A stretch of 64,000 bases of DNA from Patescibacteria group bacterium. GTDB lineage: Bacteria; Patescibacteriota; Minisyncoccia; Minisyncoccales; Staskawiczbacteraceae. Shown one piece after another: positions 29,581-38,278 of this stretch. Within the stretch, counting starts at the first letter, position 1. Every line of letters starts with the position of its first letter. The DNA is taken from contig JBBTVX010000001.1 of the NCBI GenBank assembly GCA_038063015.1, positions 2,772 to 66,771 of the forward strand, written 5' to 3'. The notes under the pieces were generated by a model. The model did not search any database. It was given only the letters and a program-made list of their open reading frames with translations, and had not been told where the DNA came from. The translations under genes were made by a program, and so were the position numbers.

Positions 29581-30939
29581 TTAAAAATATTTAAATATTT
29601 TTTCCGCTTCTTTTTTAGATTTTTCCAATTCAAAAATTTTAGGTTCGGCCGGATATAAAATTGTTTTTTCGGGACTAAACTTTTTCTGGTGCCTTTTAAC
29701 GTATTTTTTAACTCTCAAAATATGATAAGCGCTCGTTACTATCACTATTTTTCTTTTTCCTCTCAAAAATGATGATGGCATTTTTGAAAACTGGTCTTTC
29801 GTATTGTTTATATTAAGGTTTTTTGAAACAATTATTTTTTCTTTTGGAAAACCGTAATTCCGCAAAAATTCTTTTTTAATCAATTTTCTCAGATTGTCAT
29901 TTTGTTCGTTTGAAGCGTTATAGTAAACAATCGGACCCTTTATCAAAATATCCTTTGCTTTTATATCCTTATCGTTCATTTTTAATCTTCCCGCTGAAAC
30001 TTGTTTTGCTATTTTAAAAGCGGTCTCAAGCCTGTCTTTATCTTCGTTTCTCTTGTTGTTTGAAATATCTTGGATATTTTCTTCGCCGCCCGAAAGAACA
30101 ATTATTAGGTCCCAGTCATTTTTTGGCTTAGGGCTTTTTTGTTTAATTATTTTTTTTGTCTGCCATAAAATCTTTTTCTCTAATTTCTTTCTGACCAAAG
30201 CGTCCTTCGGTATCATATAACTGTGCCTTATACTCTTATTTATGGCTGCTATTTTTGGATTTTCATCAAGATATTTTAATATTTCTTCCGCGCCAAAATC
30301 TTCTTTCGGCTCAAAATGCTTAATTATATTTTCAACCAGAACTAAATCCTGGGGTTCGTCTACGCAAACCCTTAAGTCCTTGCGAAAAAATTTGGGCGGA
30401 GCTGTTTCAACTTTTATTTTAAACAAATCGGGATTTTCGCAAATAAATGATACTATATGTTCAAGATGATAGGGATTTTTTGTAATTTTAAGAATTTTTT
30501 TAAACGCGCCAAAACTTATAATTTCAATATCTCCCAAACCAAACGGGTATCCTTTAATAAAAAAATAATCTGGTTTGTTTTTTATGCTTTTATATTCTTT
30601 AATGCTTTGGTCAATTAAAACAGGGTCAATAAGCGGGCAATCTCCGGTAATTCTGATAGCCGGGTCAATTTTGAATTTTTCTGCTGCTTCTAAAAATCTT
30701 GAAAGAACGTTATTAAGGCTTCCCTGATAAAAATTAACTTTGCCCCTTTTAATTAACGGCAAAAGAACAGAACTTTTTTTAGTGTCTGGAATTGCCACCA
30801 CTATCTTTTTTGCCAGCTTAGCTTTTTTTGACCTTAAAATAACCCACTCTAATAAATGCTTATTCAATATCTTTTTATTCATTTTTCCTGGTAATCTTTT
30901 TGATTCCATTCTTGCTTGTATAATAATTCCTATATTCAT
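29581..30939 (-). CDS. Fusion: SpsF-type cytidylyltransferase plus DUF218 (YdcF/ElyC-like) domain
   Basis: N-terminus has IIQARMESKRLPGK and ITGDCPLIDPVLID. C-terminus has IIVLSGGEE and VIVTSAYHILRV, typical of DUF218. Confidence 0.65.
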   Translation of the reverse strand: MNIGIIIQARMESKRLPGKMNKKILNKHLLEWVILRSKKAKLAKKIVVAIPDTKKSSVLLPLIKRGKVNFYQGSLNNVLSRFLEAAEKFKIDPAIRITGDCPLIDPVLIDQSIKEYKSIKNKPDYFFIKGYPFGLGDIEIISFGAFKKILKITKNPYHLEHIVSFICENPDLFKIKVETAPPKFFRKDLRVCVDEPQDLVLVENIIKHFEPKEDFGAEEILKYLDENPKIAAINKSIRHSYMIPKDALVRKKLEKKILWQTKKIIKQKSPKPKNDWDLIIVLSGGEENIQDISNNKRNEDKDRLETAFKIAKQVSAGRLKMNDKDIKAKDILIKGPIVYYNASNEQNDNLRKLIKKEFLRNYGFPKEKIIVSKNLNINNTKDQFSKMPSSFLRGKRKIVIVTSAYHILRVKKYVKRHQKKFSPEKTILYPAEPKIFELEKSKKEAEKIFKYF

Positions 30940-30942
30940 AGA

Positions 30943-32016
30943 TTATAAAATTTTGATAAGAATTTTCATCAAATAATTAATTTCTTTTGCGGTCATTGAC
31001 GGATATATAGGAAGGGCTATCAAAGAAGATGTGGCTTTTTTTGTATTTTTGAATAAGTCATCTCTCATTTTTAAATATTGATGCAGCGGCGGATAAACCC
31101 CTCTGCCTATTTCTATGCCATACTTTGTCGCTTCTTTTATAACTTCTATGGGATTTTTATTTATCTCAATCATATAACGCCAAAAAATATTTTCTTTAGA
31201 CAAAAATGGAATCTTTGCTACACTTTTTAACGAACGGCCATAAGCTTTAGCTATATTTTTTCTTTTTTTAACAAATTGATTTAGCTGGTCAAGCTGGCTT
31301 GTTCCCAAATAAGCGTTTAAATCGCTAATTTTATAATTATATTGCACATTATAGCTGTCGGGTTTTTTAAGACGCTGAGCTACTATTGTGCTTTCGTAAT
31401 CGCCCAAAAATTTTGCTTTTTCAAATAAATCTTTTGAATCAGTCAAAAACACCCCTCCGCTACCAGTAGTCATCATTTTTGAAGAGTGCACAGAAAAAAT
31501 TGATATTGCTCCATAACTGCCCAATTTTTTGCTAAGATACTCACCCCCTAAAGATTGAGTTGCATCTTCTATTACAGGAATTCCAAATTTTATAATTTTT
31601 TCTATTTCAGCTGGAAAACCAAACATATGGGGAACAATTATTACTTTAGTTTTTAAACTGATTTTCTTTTTCAAATCTAAAAAAGAAATATTAAAATCGC
31701 TTTTTTCAACATTAAAATTGCAATCAACCAGCTTTACTTCTGCTTTTACATAAGAAATGGCATTTAACAGAGCAACGCAGGTATATGAGGGACAAATAAC
31801 TTCATCTTTTTCTTTAATATCCAAAGCCAGTAAAGCCAAATGCAAAGCAGATGTTCCAGAATTTGTTGATATGGCGTATTTTCTTCCAATATATCCTGCA
31901 AACTTATTTTCAAACTTTTTAATAGCCTCGTCTGAAAAAATATCCAAAACAGCCAGTTTTTTAAAACTTTTAGCGTCTTTTTTGGTTATAGTGGGCCTGT
32001 TTAATGGAATTTTCAT
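30943..32016 (-). CDS. DegT/DnrJ/EryC1-family PLP-dependent sugar aminotransferase
   Basis: TNSGTSALHLALLAL, FSVHSSKMMTTGSGG (Lys motif), YNYKISDLNAYLGTSQL. Confidence 0.8.
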   Translation of the reverse strand: MKIPLNRPTITKKDAKSFKKLAVLDIFSDEAIKKFENKFAGYIGRKYAISTNSGTSALHLALLALDIKEKDEVICPSYTCVALLNAISYVKAEVKLVDCNFNVEKSDFNISFLDLKKKISLKTKVIIVPHMFGFPAEIEKIIKFGIPVIEDATQSLGGEYLSKKLGSYGAISIFSVHSSKMMTTGSGGVFLTDSKDLFEKAKFLGDYESTIVAQRLKKPDSYNVQYNYKISDLNAYLGTSQLDQLNQFVKKRKNIAKAYGRSLKSVAKIPFLSKENIFWRYMIEINKNPIEVIKEATKYGIEIGRGVYPPLHQYLKMRDDLFKNTKKATSSLIALPIYPSMTAKEINYLMKILIKIL

Positions 32017-32078
32017 TTTAATGCTTCTATTATAGTTGTATAATTAATGCCATAAAAAAAGTCAGATAGCATTGCTAC

Positions 32079-33137
32079 CTAACTTTTAGCGACTAAACTC
32101 CAATCAAGAGGAGTGCCGCGCGTTATATCTGCCGAAGCTTTTCGCCCTAAAATTTCAGGCAGAAATTTGGGAGCAAGACCATACCCGGGGCGAATAGACC
32201 CGATATTTTCTCTGCTGAATTCTTCTCCTGCCTTTATGTCGCATACCGCAAACAAAGACCTCTTCCCTGCCATATTGGCTAACTCACTTTTTAATACACC
32301 GTATTGGACTTTGCCAATAGCTTTTTCCGCTTCTCTGACTGATTTGACCAGCTGCCTTAGCTCTTCTGGCTCTATGGAAAAAGAAGAATCCGGTCCCCCA
32401 TCAGACCTTTTCAAAGTAAAATGCTTTTCAATTATGCAGACTCCAAAAGCGACAGATTCCGCAGACATGGTAATGCCAAGGCTGTGGTCTGACAACCCTG
32501 AAACAATATTAAATCTTTCTTTTATGTCGGGTATTGTAGCTAAATTCATATCTTCTGGCTTTGCAGGATAACTGCTTACGCAATGTAAGAGCGCGATATC
32601 CTTGGTTCCGTTTTCCCGCAATGTGGAAATAGCAAGCTCTATTTCTTCTAAGTTTGCCATTCCTTTTGATATTATAACCGGCTTTCCTGTTTTAGCTATT
32701 TTCACAAGAAACTCAATATCATTTGTTTCAAAAGAAGATATTTTATAAGCCGGGACATCCATTTTTTCCAAGAAATCAACTGCGGTTGCGTCGTAAGCAG
32801 TAGAAAAAATAATAATTCCGCAATCATCTGCTTTTTTTTTAAGTTCAGGATACCATTCCCATGACATATATGCTGTTTTGTAAAGGTCGTACAGCGTTTT
32901 TCCATCCCAATCAGGATTGGCATCTTTGACAACAAAACTGTCTTCTTTGCAATCAATGGTAAGGGTGTCTGGCGTATAAGTCTGCAGTTTTATGGCATCT
33001 GCTCCTGCTTCTGCGGCAGCTTTGATTATTTCTTTTGCTCTTTCCAAATTTTGATTATGGTTGGCTGACATTTCAGCAATAATAAAAACTGGTTCTCCTT
33101 CGCCTATCCATTTGTTGGAAATCTTAATTTTTTGCAT
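32079..33137 (-). CDS. pseI: Nonulosonic acid synthase (NeuB family), most likely pseudaminic acid synthase
   Basis: FIIAEMSANHNQNLERAKEIIKAAAEAGADAIKLQTY, SDHSLG, and a C-terminal SAF/antifreeze-like domain. The Pse assignment rests on the pseB/pseC context. Confidence 0.75.
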   Translation of the reverse strand: MQKIKISNKWIGEGEPVFIIAEMSANHNQNLERAKEIIKAAAEAGADAIKLQTYTPDTLTIDCKEDSFVVKDANPDWDGKTLYDLYKTAYMSWEWYPELKKKADDCGIIIFSTAYDATAVDFLEKMDVPAYKISSFETNDIEFLVKIAKTGKPVIISKGMANLEEIELAISTLRENGTKDIALLHCVSSYPAKPEDMNLATIPDIKERFNIVSGLSDHSLGITMSAESVAFGVCIIEKHFTLKRSDGGPDSSFSIEPEELRQLVKSVREAEKAIGKVQYGVLKSELANMAGKRSLFAVCDIKAGEEFSRENIGSIRPGYGLAPKFLPEILGRKASADITRGTPLDWSLVAKS

Positions 33138-33153
33138 AAAAATTGTAATTTTT

Positions 33154-33837
33154 TTATTTTTTAACCATAATAATCCAGTCGGAATTTTTATTTTTTAAAT
33201 TATCAAAAGTAGTTTCTGTTTTTTCAATGACAATCTCTTCAAACTTGCTAAAAACTTTATTTATATCTCCTTTATTCAAAAAGCGCATAATCATATCTTT
33301 TTCGTTTGTTTCTGAAATATTTAAGACAAATGTGTTTTTTTCTATTTCTTTTCCCTTGCCAAATCTATAATCATCGGCGCTTCTGGTAAAAATAAACGCC
33401 TTTCTTCCCTTCTTTAAAATCCTATAAACTTCATCTACTGATTTTTGATAGCCCTCGCTATCATTATAATAAAAAACGCCGTAAGAAATTACTCCGTCAA
33501 AAAAATTATCTTTAAACGGCTGATTCTCCATGCTGGTATTTTTGAGCGTAGCCGTTAATTTTTTTTCTTGAAGCCGTTTTTTTGTAACATTTAAACCTGT
33601 TCCTGAAATGTCTGTAGCATAAGTTTGAAATCCTTCTTTAGCCAAAAAAACAGTATGAACGCCTGCCCCGCATCCTAAATCCAATATTTTGAACCGGCTC
33701 CTTTCTTTTAAATCTTTGGGGAATTGACTAAATACAAACCTGACCACATGGTCGTTTGGATATTTGGGCTGGAATCTTTCTTCTGAATGCAAATCTTCCC
33801 ATTTGGTTTTCATTGCAACGTTTAAATTATTTTTCAT
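33154..33837 (-). CDS. Class I SAM methyltransferase
   Basis: ILDLGCGAGVHTVFLAKEGF. Start set at ATG 33837 because the track start 33846 is a TTG. Confidence 0.75.
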   Translation of the reverse strand: MKNNLNVAMKTKWEDLHSEERFQPKYPNDHVVRFVFSQFPKDLKERSRFKILDLGCGAGVHTVFLAKEGFQTYATDISGTGLNVTKKRLQEKKLTATLKNTSMENQPFKDNFFDGVISYGVFYYNDSEGYQKSVDEVYRILKKGRKAFIFTRSADDYRFGKGKEIEKNTFVLNISETNEKDMIMRFLNKGDINKVFSKFEEIVIEKTETTFDNLKNKNSDWIIMVKK

Positions 33838-35068
33838 TTTTAACAAGTTTAATTTCTTTTAATTTATTTACAAAATCTAAAACATCGTTAAACTTCATAT
33901 CCAATTCTTCCGCTATGTCAAATACAGTTTTATCTCCCTCAAGATTCAGCATAATTTTTTCAATATTCTGGTTTAATTCTAAATTTTCTCTCCAATCCAC
34001 CCAAAAGCCGTAGCCCGATAAAAATATCGGCCCTTTGAAATTTCTCTTAGGCGCAAAATCCCTGTCAATAATGTTTAATATTTCTAAAATCAAATCCCTT
34101 GATTTTTCCAATCTTTGTTCTGAAATAATGGCGGGATTATCGTCTGACGTATGATATTCGGGGTAAGGGTATTTGCTGATTGAAATCATTGGAATATTAA
34201 CGCCCGGGCCGTTAAAAGCAATTTCATCATTTGCCACAACTGTCCTAAAAGCTCCCTCTGTGAATTTTTTAAGTTCTCTTTTCATCACATATCTGGCGAT
34301 TCTGTCTATGCGCGCGTCGCCCTGTTTTGTCAGCTGCAGGGCGTAAATATCATCGCTTCCAAGCATTTCAAGAAAAATTCCGCATTCAATTTTTGAAATT
34401 AAATCTTCATTTTGGCTCAAATAAGCTATTGACCCTATGGTTTCCGGGACAAATAAAAATTTATATGTGTAGTAATTATTCTTCTTGCTCATTGCTTTGG
34501 CAAGAGCAACTAAGACTGAAACTCCGGCCAAATCATCATTCGCCTGCCCTGGATGGCAAAGGTGAGCGGCCAAAATAATTATTTTATCTGTTTTTCCTTT
34601 TATTGTATAATCTCCGACTTTCAAATTTCCTTTTTCAAATTTAGAATCAATAAAAACTTTGTATTTGTCTTTTGTAAATTCTTTTAATTTATTATCTTGA
34701 ATGCAAAACCCCCAATCTTTTTGATAATATTTAAACTCGAAAGGAACAGCGTCTGGTCTTTCTGGATTTGTGTGTAAATGCTGAAATAGCTCCTCCTTGC
34801 TTACAATTTTATCAATTGGCAAAGAATAAGAAACAATATGCAGGGGGTGGTCTTTTAAATTCAGCATCCTTTTACCGTCTAAATCTTCAATAAAAGCGCT
34901 GCTTACAGTCCATTTTTCCGGAACAATCCATGTCCAGCATTTTGTTCCCGTGGGAATTTTATGAATTTTTAAAGGAATTATTTTTGAAATATATTCCAAT
35001 GATTCGTCAAATCCGTCAGAGACAATATCCCTTCTTTTAAGCCACAAATCATTAATTAATTTCATCAT
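33827..35068 (-). CDS. DUF4910/DUF2172 aminopeptidase-like (M28-fold) protein with C-terminal winged-helix domain
   Basis: IHKIPTGTKCWTWIVPEKWTV and the AHLCHPGQANDDLAGV metal-site-like motif match the polysaccharide-cluster DUF4910 family. It has an ATGA overlap with the upstream gene. Confidence 0.65.
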   Translation of the reverse strand: MMKLINDLWLKRRDIVSDGFDESLEYISKIIPLKIHKIPTGTKCWTWIVPEKWTVSSAFIEDLDGKRMLNLKDHPLHIVSYSLPIDKIVSKEELFQHLHTNPERPDAVPFEFKYYQKDWGFCIQDNKLKEFTKDKYKVFIDSKFEKGNLKVGDYTIKGKTDKIIILAAHLCHPGQANDDLAGVSVLVALAKAMSKKNNYYTYKFLFVPETIGSIAYLSQNEDLISKIECGIFLEMLGSDDIYALQLTKQGDARIDRIARYVMKRELKKFTEGAFRTVVANDEIAFNGPGVNIPMISISKYPYPEYHTSDDNPAIISEQRLEKSRDLILEILNIIDRDFAPKRNFKGPIFLSGYGFWVDWRENLELNQNIEKIMLNLEGDKTVFDIAEELDMKFNDVLDFVNKLKEIKLVKNEK

Positions 35069-35877
35069 ATTTTTGTATTCGTTTTAATAAAACAAGTTGG
35101 ATCATTTTTAAACATTTTTATACCTTCTCGACAAATGTCGCCTATTATAGCAACGCTTATTTTAGCGCAACCAAGGGGCAATTTTTTAAGCAAACCGCTG
35201 TCTAAAAGGTTTTTTTCAATTTTACTAAAATCAGGAATTGCGCTTTCGTCTAATGGTCTAACATAATATTCATATTCATCATTATATACTTTATTTTTAA
35301 TTTTAATCTTTCCCTTAAATTTCTTGGTGTATCTATAAGAAACTCCTATCTTTTCCTCGATATAATGAATCTGTGTGCAGACGAAATAATCAACCCCGAA
35401 TATAATATATTTACTATCTCTAATATTCGCAAGTTTATCATATATTGAACCTTTTCCAAAACTGTTTTTGCTAAGATTGCTAGTTAATTCTTCGGCTCTT
35501 TTTCCAATGGCGGCAACTGAAAATATCGGATGAATGCTTCTATAAGCGTCCTTTCTTTTACGCAATTCTTCAGTGAATAATCCCACTGTTGACGGCGTGT
35601 TATCTGGGTCATAAATTTCATTATTGCAAAAAGAGTATGTAAATGTGGGGACAATCAAAGTTCCTCCTTTTCCTATAGTTTTCAAAAATGCTTCTATAAA
35701 AACATTAGCGAATTCGGTCTTGTCGACGATATCGCCTAATTTACCGAATTTTGACAGGTCGGCGTGGACCATCGCCACATCTCCTTTTTTAATTCCGGAT
35801 TTCTTGATAGTTTTGACTATATCTTGAAAAACAAATCCTTTTTGTCCGCATTTAAATATGATTTTTTCTTTCTTCAT
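35065..35877 (-). CDS. AAC(3)-fold (Antibiotic_NAT) N-acyltransferase, probable amino-sugar N-acyltransferase
   Basis: GDVAMVHADLSKFG and GGTLIVPTFTYSF are the AAC(3)-family signature. The gene sits between the ACP and DUF4910 genes. Confidence 0.7.
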   Translation of the reverse strand: MKKEKIIFKCGQKGFVFQDIVKTIKKSGIKKGDVAMVHADLSKFGKLGDIVDKTEFANVFIEAFLKTIGKGGTLIVPTFTYSFCNNEIYDPDNTPSTVGLFTEELRKRKDAYRSIHPIFSVAAIGKRAEELTSNLSKNSFGKGSIYDKLANIRDSKYIIFGVDYFVCTQIHYIEEKIGVSYRYTKKFKGKIKIKNKVYNDEYEYYVRPLDESAIPDFSKIEKNLLDSGLLKKLPLGCAKISVAIIGDICREGIKMFKNDPTCFIKTNTKI

Positions 35878-36110
35878 AATTCTATGCCTTTTGAACGAAG
35901 CGTATTTTTAATATCGCCTAAAGATTTGACCTTCAACACTTCATTCATGTTAAAAGATACTTTAAACTGCTTTTCCAATTCAGCAATAAGCAATAAATAA
36001 TTCATAGAATCCCAATTGGGAATTCCTTCTACCGTCAGGGAATCTTTAATTTTGTCCGGCGTTAATTTAAAAATATCAAAAATTATTTTATTAAATTTTT
36101 CCATTTTCAT
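35874..36110 (-). CDS. Acyl carrier protein
   Basis: About 78 aa. MKMEKFNKIIFDIF...EGIPNWDSMNYLLLIAELE carries the DSM phosphopantetheine-Ser motif. Start taken at ATG 36110 (or 36104). The longer track ORF overlaps the FkbH gene. Confidence 0.7.
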   Translation of the reverse strand: MKMEKFNKIIFDIFKLTPDKIKDSLTVEGIPNWDSMNYLLLIAELEKQFKVSFNMNEVLKVKSLGDIKNTLRSKGIEL

Positions 36111-37161
36111 TTGATAATAAGTTTGTGGCCACCCAATATGGCGAATCAATAATATCATCAATTGGCACCGGATTCTCTTTAAAGTATTTTTCCAAAAAGT
36201 CTTGGGCTGGTTTGTTCTTTTCAGTTTGGACAAATGTTATTGATAAATTTTCAGCCTGGTTATCTTTGGCGATTTTTGCGATAGCTGCCAAAAATGCTTC
36301 TTCAACGCCTCGCCCGATAACTCTGCAGCTCATTAAAAATTGATCAACATGCCATAACTCAGCGCCCTCTTTTACAACAGCAAAGCTAATTATTCCGTAA
36401 TCGCCAAAACAATCCGTTAATCTGCCGTAAAATATTCGATAGTCTTTGTTATTCATAAAATCTGCGATGTCTTTTTCTGACAACTCATATTTGTTAAAAT
36501 TGAATTGATTGGTCTTGCCGGTAAGCTGGGCTAAGCGCGCCAATTGAGACGGATCGTCTATAAATATCTGCAATTCCAACCCCAAACTTTTTAAAAACTC
36601 TTTCTGGTTGTTAAAAGATTTCTCAGATTCGCGACGCAATCTTTCAGTTGTATAAAAATTCCCCCTCATTTTGTCTTCATCTGTCAGGGCGGCTAAATCA
36701 AAATATGGAAGGCCAATTAAAAACTTTGTATAATCTGAAGGATTAGATGGCATTTCTGGAGTTTCAACTTCCGACAAAATTGCTTTGACCAGCGCTCTAT
36801 TTACCGGGTCATCATCTAAAAATACCATTGAATCAAGGCCGATATTTATTTCTTTTGCCAATTCTTTTAAATTGCTGGCCTTGTCATTCCAATTAATTCG
36901 CGCAGCTGCAAAATTATTTTCTCTCAAAATCATATTTGGGTGAGTTCTAATGACTCTTATGGCATCCTCGTAATTATTACGGCTGTTAATGGCTAAAATT
37001 ACTCCCTTATTATGTAAATCTAAAAGAGCTTGCTGAAAAGCAACAAAACCCGCTCCCGGTCCGGCAAGGGAGAGTTTTATGCCGTTAAAGCCGTCCTCTC
37101 CCACAATACCGCCCCAAAGAGTGTTATCAAGATCTAATACTATGCATTTTTTAGCGTTCAT
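36091..37161 (-). CDS. FkbH-like HAD-IIIC phosphatase/acyl-loading protein
   Basis: CIVLDLDNTLWGGIVGEDG (HAD-IIIC motif I), LAINSRNN, VFLDDDPVNR, and a C-terminal GNAT-like half. This is the FkbH-domain architecture. Confidence 0.75.
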   Translation of the reverse strand: MNAKKCIVLDLDNTLWGGIVGEDGFNGIKLSLAGPGAGFVAFQQALLDLHNKGVILAINSRNNYEDAIRVIRTHPNMILRENNFAAARINWNDKASNLKELAKEINIGLDSMVFLDDDPVNRALVKAILSEVETPEMPSNPSDYTKFLIGLPYFDLAALTDEDKMRGNFYTTERLRRESEKSFNNQKEFLKSLGLELQIFIDDPSQLARLAQLTGKTNQFNFNKYELSEKDIADFMNNKDYRIFYGRLTDCFGDYGIISFAVVKEGAELWHVDQFLMSCRVIGRGVEEAFLAAIAKIAKDNQAENLSITFVQTEKNKPAQDFLEKYFKENPVPIDDIIDSPYWVATNLLSNENGKI

Positions 37162-37175
37162 TTTTTACCAACTTT

Positions 37176-37541
37176 TTACTTTTTGAAAGTAATGCATACC
37201 GCCTGGACGATTGATTTGGTATGCGAAATGCTAATTATTGATTTATATTTCTTTTCCATTATCTTGTTTAAAAATTTAACCTTAGGCGCGCCGTTTTTAT
37301 CGTTTGTTATTTCTATCTCGTTAAAAGCGATATTGTCTCTAATTGTCTTTTTTACCGCCTCTTTAGCGACAAACCTTGCGGCGAAATGAGAAGAAGGATT
37401 CGGCTTAGACAGAGAATATTTTTTTTCTTTCCGGGTATAAATTCTATCAAAAAAACTTCTGTTTTTTTCCGGGTCTAATTTGGCAAATCTATCAATATTT
37501 TCCATATCTAAACCGACGCCGATGTTATTTATCATTTTCAT
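37176..37541 (-). CDS. acpS: Holo-ACP synthase (4'-phosphopantetheinyl transferase, AcpS type)
   Basis: 121 aa with IGVGLDMENIDRF, FAARFVAKEAVKK and ISISHT. It has an ATGA overlap with the upstream gene. Confidence 0.8.
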   Translation of the reverse strand: MKMINNIGVGLDMENIDRFAKLDPEKNRSFFDRIYTRKEKKYSLSKPNPSSHFAARFVAKEAVKKTIRDNIAFNEIEITNDKNGAPKVKFLNKIMEKKYKSIISISHTKSIVQAVCITFKK

Positions 37542-38278
37542 AAAACAATATATGATATATCCGGTTCGTAATAAAAATTTTTAATCGTATGTTTTTTTAA
37601 ATCTAATTCTTCCATTAAGGCGACTGTTTCCCCCGGCCATTTGGGATTATTTATTTCATCAAAAACTAAAATTGATCCGGCCGCCATTCTTGGTAAAAAC
37701 ATTTTTAAAGCCTCTTTAGTGGGCTTGTAAATATCGAAGTCCAAATATAATAAAGATATTACAAGATGCTGATTTTTTTCAAGAAATTCCGGTCCGGTTT
37801 TCAAAAAATCCCCTTTAACTAATTTAATTTTACTGATATGGGAAAGAAATCGGTTTGAATCATATAAATCTATTGCTTTTTTAAGTTCGTCATAGGAATC
37901 GGCGAATATGCCGCCTGTTTTTGCGTCAACATTTTTATTTTCCGCCATGTCTTTAATATCAACGTCGGGAAAACCGGAAAAAGTGTCAAACCCGATAATT
38001 TCTCTATGATAATTTGTCGGTTCATATATTGCCGATAGTTTAGCCCAAGCCATCAATCCGGACCCCCTGAAAACTCCGCATTCCACAATAGAGCCCTTAT
38101 TGTCTAAAATCATCTTAAACAGTTCGTGTTGGGCTAAAAAACGGGAAATCGCCTGCCGTGAAGCATATTTGGGAAAATCATCAACAAGCTCTATGGCTGG
38201 TTTATTTTCTTGGGCAATTAGATTGATTAAGTGCCGGTTTAATTCTTCAGAATAATTTTTTTCTTTTTCTGTTCTCAT
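37538..38278 (-). CDS. TylF/MycF-family SAM-dependent O-methyltransferase (second copy)
   Basis: VECGVFRGSGLM, GFDTFSGFP, LYLDFDIYKPT. Confidence 0.7.
   Translation of the reverse strand: MRTEKEKNYSEELNRHLINLIAQENKPAIELVDDFPKYASRQAISRFLAQHELFKMILDNKGSIVECGVFRGSGLMAWAKLSAIYEPTNYHREIIGFDTFSGFPDVDIKDMAENKNVDAKTGGIFADSYDELKKAIDLYDSNRFLSHISKIKLVKGDFLKTGPEFLEKNQHLVISLLYLDFDIYKPTKEALKMFLPRMAAGSILVFDEINNPKWPGETVALMEELDLKKHTIKNFYYEPDISYIVL

Noticed and set aside
35065-35877. AAC(3)-fold gene as an aminoglycoside-resistance determinant
   Set aside because: It is translationally coupled to the ACP, FkbH-like and DUF4910 genes inside a nonulosonate pathway. A biosynthetic amino-sugar N-acyltransferase role fits better than antibiotic resistance.
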